Positions 55,570 to 64,000 of a stretch of 64,000 nucleotides of DNA are shown one piece after another. Each line of letters opens with the position of its first letter. The stretch's first letter is position 1. A program made the translations under genes and the position numbers. A model generated the notes under the pieces. It did not search any database and was not told the DNA's origin. It saw nothing but the letters and a program-made list of their open reading frames with translations. The DNA lies in the NCBI GenBank assembly GCA_964016885.1, contig OZ024740.1:344224001-344288000 (forward strand). The letters run 5' to 3'. Source of the DNA: Eledone cirrhosa. Its lineage: Eukaryota.

Positions 55570-57200
55570 TTATCACATGGTGTACATCGGCGGAGTAATT
55601 TCATTGCTTCTTAACCTGATTGTAAAACATTTTTGTATGGACATCATATATTGTTTTGTAGCTAAACCAACCGTCTTCTCAGGGTGCTGGTTGTTTTCCC
55701 TATATCTGTAGGCTTTAGGGGTTAAATTCTTGTGTTTCTTTACAAAAACACTACCGTTATCTAGAAACAAAATAGATCTGGTGGATCACAGAATCTCCTC
55801 CGATGAATTGAACAGAAGGTTATACACAAAATGGAACAGCTAAAGTTAAAAGAGCAAAGACAGCTGCATAAGCAGAAGCAACAACAACAATAACAACAGA
55901 AATAATGACAACGTCAACAAGAACGGCACTTGCGGCAACAATGACAATGACAACAGCAAGATAAACCACAGAAGCATGTTCGCAGCACGGCTGCAAAACA
56001 TTGAATTTTTCCATATACTGTATATTTAAACAGGGGTGAAGAATGTTTAGTTGAGCCAGCGAAACATGAAACAGTGGAAAAAAAACCTGGGTCAACATAA
56101 GTATTCTGTCTGAGGTGTTGGCACGACGGGAAAAGAATGTGACATAGAGGTGTATCAAGACCACAAAGACGGAATTGGTCCCCCACTTCTACAAGGAGGC
56201 AGCTGTCAAGGGCTTGATGCAAGACATACAACATATTGTAAGGGCCAAACGTTTGAGAGGATCTTCATGTTCTACAAAAGCCAGGCCCTTGCAAAGCAGA
56301 ACTATGGTTTCCCCTTTAAAAGGGACATGTTTATAATGCTTCCCTTTTACAGGGAAAAATAATATCGTATATCCAAATTGCTGGGATCCCACCAGAATTA
56401 AATATTTGCTGGATCCTAGCATGCATCGTCCTGGAGGTAAGCGAAATGCTTCTGGATGTAACGAGTAGTTGGAGTGAGAACTGGTCTGGGATCAATATAC
56501 AAATATTTCGCCAAATCAACCAGAGATGATGGACATGATCCCAGACGTAATTTGCCGTCCAGGTGGCGTATAGCTGTGGGTAGTAATTTATGAAAAAGGC
56601 TAAGAATCAGCGATGTGGACAAGCCACAGGCCCATCTACAGAAAAAAAGTGGAGAAACACAGAGAACCATTATTGCTAACGTCAGTGCTCCAACAAAAGC
56701 AAGAGCCCCAGCAGTGACACAAAAACTGGTAGAAATAGTAACCTCAAAAACAACGTCACCAAACTCTACAGTAATACAACCAGCACAAGGGAGAGGAAGA
56801 ACATAACTAACGGCAGCAACAGAACACCCATCACAACCCTCGCCAATAGCTAACACAATTAAACCCACCCAGAGCACCTCCAAATAAAGTTCTCCCTTTC
56901 GCTCTTCCTCTCACCGTACCTCTTCACCACAAGTCCTAAACACGCGTACATATACACACATTAACATACTTCCATCCTCAACTTTCTTAGACACAAACAC
57001 CTCCCCCTCTCCCATTGTAAGAAAAGAGGAAACAAAAAAACTAAAAAAGTCAAAAACAAAACATTTGTTCCATGGATAAGACTCCCGTATCAGGATATAA
57101 TACATTTTATGGAAGTCGTTCATGCCTTCGAGAAGGACATGATATGCTGAACCATACCACTTTTCCGCTTCATTCAAAACCTTCCTCATTTGAGGCAAAC
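55570..57200 (+). mobile_element. old degenerate Tx1-related 5' UTR/ORF1 remnant
   Basis: AAC-rich tract; segments such as GGGATCCCACCAGAATTAAATATTTGCTGG resemble 49013-49045. Confidence 0.55.
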
Positions 57201-57232
57201 ACAAATATGAATGAAATTAATATATATATATA

Positions 57233-57899
57233 ACGGCGATGAATTAGTTTTGCGAGCTTTTGGATATGAAATCGTGTGTCGAAACAAATATTGTTATACT
57301 TGGGGAGGGTCATATTTGTGTAATAATATTGCCAGAATTAATAAAAGAACACACTCACTGTTTGGTTGGTTTTCGCTTATGTGTCTTTTATATCGGTTAA
57401 TTTAATTTATTCGGTCCTCAATGTTGCCATTGACTGACTAACCGTCAAAAATACAGATACAATATAGACACAAACACATATATATAGTCTATCAAAGTTC
57501 TTTCGTTGTACATGTACAACATCGTCAGTGTTGCTATTATGTTTCCTCCCGTTGCATTTTATGCTTGCGCCATCTTTATTTAGGTTGTGTATTTATTTAT
57601 TTATTTGTTTATTTTTTTGTCTTCTCTGCGCATGCGTTTGCGTGTGTGTATAGTGTTTTGTTTGATGTGTGTTCTTGTTTGGGTGACTGTGTATTGGTTA
57701 ATGTATTATATGTTAGTTTACCTGTGTGTGTTTATATGCGTTAGTTGTTATTCTTCTTGTGTATGTATTTATTTACATTGAGGACAGAATAAATTAAACC
57801 GATATAAAAGACACATAAGCGAAAACCAACCAAACAGTGACGGTGTTCTGTTATTAATTCTGGCAATATTATTACACAAATATGACCCTCCCCAACTAT

Positions 57900-57907
<8 letters not shown>
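57233..57907 (-). mobile_element. Penelope pLTR element (family P relative) with ~135 bp inverted arms
   Basis: 57289-57424 is inverted at 57775-57907; tail at 57233-57288; shares its terminus with 36076 and 42497; (TA)n flanks. Confidence 0.82.
57490..57533 (-). ncRNA. type I hammerhead motif (stem I eroded)
   Basis: CAACA-CTGACGA-T-GTTGTACATGTACAAC-GAAA-GAAC-TT-TGATA. Confidence 0.7.
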
Positions 57908-57947
<40 letters not shown>

Positions 57948-57999
57948 ATATGCACATTTTCCTGCACATATATATTTAAATATGTATATATAAACACAC

Positions 58000-58043
<44 letters not shown>

Positions 58044-58104
58044 TTACATATACATATTTAATCGGTTATATATATAACCGATTGTGTGGTTATTTCTGTT
58101 TAAC

Positions 58105-58168
<64 letters not shown>

Positions 58169-58371
58169 ACCCACACACATACATATATAAATATATACAC
58201 ACACATATATGTATCTGTGTGCGTTAGTGGGTGTGTGTGGGCTTGCGTGTATGAGTGTAAAGAGAGACCAGTAAACTTGGCTAACTTTTATATCATGCAA
58301 ATTGAAAGTGCTTGCGAACGAAAGATATATATCCATGCTAAGAGATAAAATAAAAACTGACAAAACCAAGC

Positions 58372-58413
<42 letters not shown>

Positions 58414-58436
58414 ATACATGTATATATATATGTATA

Positions 58437-58509
<73 letters not shown>

Positions 58510-58511
58510 GT

Positions 58512-58560
<49 letters not shown>

Positions 58561-58714
58561 TATATATAAGTATGAGAGTAAACATGAACTTATGTATGTG
58601 TGGACATGAAAAATTAACAGCAAAGCTTCCGACTACAGCGGAATTCACGAACCAAAATCATGCAAGAATTATGTGTATTAGCTATTCGTTTAATTAAAAT
58701 CACATCATCTGCAA

Positions 58715-58785
<71 letters not shown>

Positions 58786-59004
58786 ATGTATATATATATG
58801 TATATATATATACATATATATATTTGTATATATATATATATATACACATATATAAATACATTTATTATATCTATAGCTGTATATATACAAACACAGTCAC
58901 ATACACACACACACACATATATGTATATGCATCTATACATGTATATATATACATTTGTGCACACAAACATATATAAATACATTTATATATGTATATATAT
59001 ATGA

Positions 59005-59037
<33 letters not shown>

Positions 59038-59158
59038 CATATAAATGTATTTATATATGTTTGTGTGCATAAATGTATATATATGAATATATATATATAT
59101 ATATATATGCATATATATATAAATATATATATATATATATGCATATATATATATGTAC

Positions 59159-59266
<108 letters not shown>

Positions 59267-59624
59267 TTATACGTAAGTATACATGCATATTTCATAGACA
59301 TAACATGCATAATTCTTATTCATATTTTTTTTTCGTTTGTTTTGATAACTTTAATTCTACTCTTTAGCCGTGTTCACTCGTAAACTTAACAAAAGACTGC
59401 AATTAGTTGACACTGCGACACATAATTGGGTGCAAGAGGCTCGCATGCTGTGTATCATGATTCTCCTCAAGCCTGAAAGTTTCTGATCTCGACAATTCAG
59501 AACGCTTTTTGTTTTCATGCTTTTATTTCTATATTTTTTTTGCATATTCAAATTTTCTCCCTATCTGATTGTTGTTGTTATCATCATCAAGATTGTCACC
59601 ATTATTATGTTGTTATTATCATTT

Positions 59625-59683
<59 letters not shown>

Positions 59684-60548
59684 GTTGATTATTTGTCGGT
59701 GTTGTACTTTGAATTGTTGTTTTTATTACTTTTATCATTACACTTATCACTAGATTTCTTCTCATCCATTTCATCATCATCAACACCAACATCTACATTA
59801 TTATCATCAACATCAACTTCTTCATCATCATTAGTATGTAAACTTTTTTATTGTGAAACTTTTCTGTTTCATTTTATTTATACTTTTCTCCTCACACATA
59901 TACATTAAAAAAACATTATTTCATTTTATTTTACTTGCATTTCGATTACATTTTGAAATGAAAAGTAAAATAAAATATAAAATAAATAAATACATAGATA
60001 AATAAGTAAACAAATAAAATATGGAGGAAAAACACACATGTATTAAAAAATTATGCTTTATCATTTGCGCGGTGATCAATCACGAATGATAGGTATCATG
60101 AATTTAAGTGTTAAAGAAATGAGAAAACACCTATTTCGGATTTTCTATGTAGGTTTAGTTCTGTGTAAATACACTCCATATGAAGCTGTATTTTCTCTGT
60201 ATTATAATATGTGATTTCTTCTTTTGCTCTTGTGTTTGGATAGTTTGGTACATTTTTTGTGTATATATATATTTTTTTTTTATATCAAAAGCTATAATTT
60301 CTATTCATTTCTATAACACCCTCACACCAATTTTCAGGTTTTTGTAAACCACCCAATCTGATTTCCGTCTGGTTTTGTTTCATACATGTAGCCTGGAACG
60401 ATGTTTTCCGACTCTACTTATTGTTAGAAATGTGTTTGTATCTCTGAATTTGAGTGTTTGCATATGTATGAATGAATGAGTATAAATGTTGTATACATAC
60501 ACACACACACACACGCACACACACACGCACGTACACACGCACACACAC

Positions 60549-60681
<133 letters not shown>

Positions 60682-60966
60682 GAGAGAGAGGCAAATAGAA
60701 TGTTGTGTGTACACGTGTGCATGCAAATACCTTTCGCATTCTCTACGCCGCTCACAATTCCATCCATATAATTGCATATACTTTTATCTTCGTACCTAAG
60801 AAGTTTCTAAGCCATGTGTCTTTTATATTTCCTCCTAATCACTGTGTGGGTAATTCTAAATATTAACATCTCCGTATAACCTCCTATACTTTGAACAATA
60901 TATGTACTTATTGTTATTTCAATGGGCATATATTCATAATATTAATCACGTTGGTTCTGTGTATTC

Positions 60967-61017
<51 letters not shown>

Positions 61018-61058
61018 CGAAACATAAGTCAATTGCATGAACTCATAATCCTTTATTT

Positions 61059-61114
61059 ACTGCTATATATATTTCGATGATAGTCATTGAAATCCTATGA
61101 CCTCATCAGGCAGT
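61059..61114 (-). ncRNA. minimal type I hammerhead motif inside a short (TA)n insert (61014-61170)
   Basis: ACTGC-CTGATGA-GGTCATAG-..-CTATCATC-GAAA-TATATA-TA-GCAGT. Confidence 0.85.
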
Positions 61115-61184
61115 TAGTCAGTTCTTAGATATGTCAGCTCTGTGTTTATGGTGTTGATGGTATCAGAGCCTTGGGACATATATA

Positions 61185-61234
<50 letters not shown>

Positions 61235-61872
61235 TAGATAGATATTATTATATAGTGTTGTCATGGATCTGATAACCTTGCTTGTAAGAAGTCAATGTGC
61301 CCTTGGAAAGATGTTTTCTGCGTGAGGCCCCACAAACCTTCGCATTCGGCTAGTATGGGTCACATGGTATACACACAATTCCAGCAACTTTCCATCAACC
61401 TTACAGTGAATTATCTGTCTGTTACAGTTACGATAACTGTATTCTATCTACTTTCATTATTGCCATCATTATTATAAGCAGTGATATTACAGCTACTATT
61501 ATACTTAACATATTCGTATTATTAACTTTATTATCTATCTTTGTTTACGCAACTCTTATATGCTTTCTACTCCCACTACTCTTAACTTACACATCCCCCC
61601 TCTCTGTTATTTCCTCACTCGTTAGGACAAACAGGCTACCCGCCTCAGCCTCATAGTACAAATATGCATCAAATAAAATCATAGATTAGTGTTTCTGAAT
61701 TAGACGTTCGATGAAGAGGAATTTCGAGACTAGAGACAGGTAGTGACCTACACACTATACTTCGATCATCCGCGATCAATCAGTCCTCTAACAGGATCAT
61801 AAAACAATAAACTAATTAACTCCCTTCCTCTGACTTCTGTCTTGTTTTCATTGTTCTATATACCAACAGTCA

Positions 61873-62034
<162 letters not shown>

Positions 62035-64000
62035 ATTATAAAAAGTCTCCGCCCGACAACTATTCTTATAGTGGTTAGATAGCAAATGCAAATGAGAAGT
62101 TTATCTGTTTGATTTAGATTCATTTAAGCCTATCTCTTTAAGGTGGAGCTCTGAGTTGGTTGGCGCAGATGAGGAGTGCTTTCAGGAAGTAGAACCGAAA
62201 TCTGGAATAAAATAAAATTGACATCGGTCGTATTTGATCTCAGGGTCCAGAACAGTGAATCAAATATCGCAACTCATTTTATTCGATGCACTAGTGAGCT
62301 TGCAAATATGCCACACAATCCAGGGATCATTGTTTCCTAATCGCCTTATCACATCTGAAAGAAAAGGAGAACCTACCCCAAAATAGAGAGCTGGAAATAG
62401 CGATACTCTGCTAGTGGGAATTGAATACGGAAACAAATAATTGCTTTGGGAATACAAAAAATAGAAATTCAGTGAGTTAATAGTGATGCTTTTGAGCTGT
62501 TGTTCGACTCGCCAAAAATAGCCGATAAACCTCCTTGAAATTATCATGTAGTGTCTTGAAAAAAAAAGTTAACGTTTTGGGTGTACACAACATTGGGAGG
62601 GAGAAAAAAAGATTGGTTATGACTAGAATACAGAATGTCAATGAATATTGGACTGTTCAACTATGGTATGAAACATAACCAAAATACATAGGTTGGAAGG
62701 CCTTACACTAGGATATAACATTTTCTTGTATATAATTTACAAACAATTTCAAACTCCTGCACACATATATACATACGGGCAGATTTCTTTTGTTATTGCT
62801 TACTCGCTCATATTGATCTTTATGGTGATAATGGCAATCTTGTTGTGGTGGTAATGATAATTTTGATGATGATAAGTAGAATGTTGAGGGGGTGTATCTT
62901 ACGCCACCGACGTTGATGATCGTGTTAACAATGATGATAAAGGTGATGGTGATGATGATGGTGATGATGATGATGGTTATGATGATAATGATGATGCATG
63001 TCGCCTAGTAAGAAAGAACTATGAAATTTAAGAGGCAAAACACATCTGTACATCACGATTAATTAAAATTTGAAGTAAAAAAATAGGAAAGAAAAAAAAG
63101 TAAGAAAATGGGAAAATTGAAAAATGGTAGGTAACTTGTGAGAAAAAAATAGCTTACATGAAAGACATCAACTTGCACTGATGAAATAGAAAGTACATTT
63201 CTAATACGTAAACAAGTAATATATGTTGAAGTAAATAGCTCATTTATTAAATCACCCTTTAACTGAAATAATATAAACTCATTCTAAAGTCGTATTGTCT
63301 AAAATTAAAAGTTAAAATAGTTATCTTTATTTTGTTTAAACTCTGCTTTGCAATGATCGAATTGTCGTATAATCAAATATATTAATGTGTTCTTCATATC
63401 TTCATATCTTGCCATCCACATGTTTAAGAGATACAAATATTCATCTATCAGCCGAGGCATTTACGATTGGTATCAACCTTTCAATATTGCTCTATATCCG
63501 TGGCTATTCATTTTACCGTTCAGAATGTGGCGTAAATTATTCCAAAATAGGTAAATGCTCGAGTACATAGAAAAAAGGTAATCAAATCCGAGGGAGTGGT
63601 ATTAAATCTACTGACGCATTAGTTTTGTGAAGTAAAAAGAACGTAGAACTGCAATGAATAACGCAAGGCATATTTTCTGATGATCTAACAATATCGTCAA
63701 TCCATAGTATCGAAACGTTGAAAAGCGAAGTTGACTTTGGCGGTATTTGATTTTGGGCACCAGAGAGCCAGAAAAAACACAGTAATCCTGCTGTCCAACT
63801 TTCTAACATTTCCGCCACTTCGGCAGTTTAAATACTTACTCATTTGTATGTAACAAGTAAAACACATCCCTTTCTGTAGGGGAATTTGTCTAAGAGGCTG
63901 ACGTGTGTTTTGTTAGCTTACTTTGCTGAATTCTACTCGCGCCGTGTCTTTATCTCATCGAGTAATTATTATGCGAACCTAAAGTGCATCAATGGCTACG

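Noticed and set aside
63178-63200. CTGATGA-AATA-GAAA-GTAC
   Set aside because: No stem II or stem I pairing.

Overview
AT-rich, microsatellite-dense animal DNA. The SINE and microsatellite repertoire suggests a cephalopod (octopus-like), which is an inference. I found no convincing host protein-coding gene; most ORFs in the track are artefacts of (TA)n, (CA)n and (TACA)n repeats. The window is built almost entirely of mobile elements: two full-length but frameshifted L1-Tx1 LINEs, R4/Dong-type RLE LINE fragments, RTE LINEs and their non-autonomous derivatives, a Helitron remnant, mariner pieces, a solo LTR and many tRNA-derived SINEs. The main hidden structure is about 15 short, non-coding insertions in (TA)n tracts, from several sequence families. 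Many carry minimal type I hammerhead ribozyme (HHR) motifs with palindromic stem III/loop III, and most share a head-to-head two-arm architecture with two fixed outward-facing 3' ends. One family links directly to a Penelope-like GIY-YIG endonuclease ORF at 41.7-42.5 kb. The retroelement groups are also partitioned by microsatellite: (TA)n, (ATT)n, (TACA)n and a GA-rich minisatellite, including a four-element stack in one (ATT)n tract at 47.2-55.4 kb. All folds and alignments were done by eye, and boundaries are approximate to about 10 bp unless a TSD is given.
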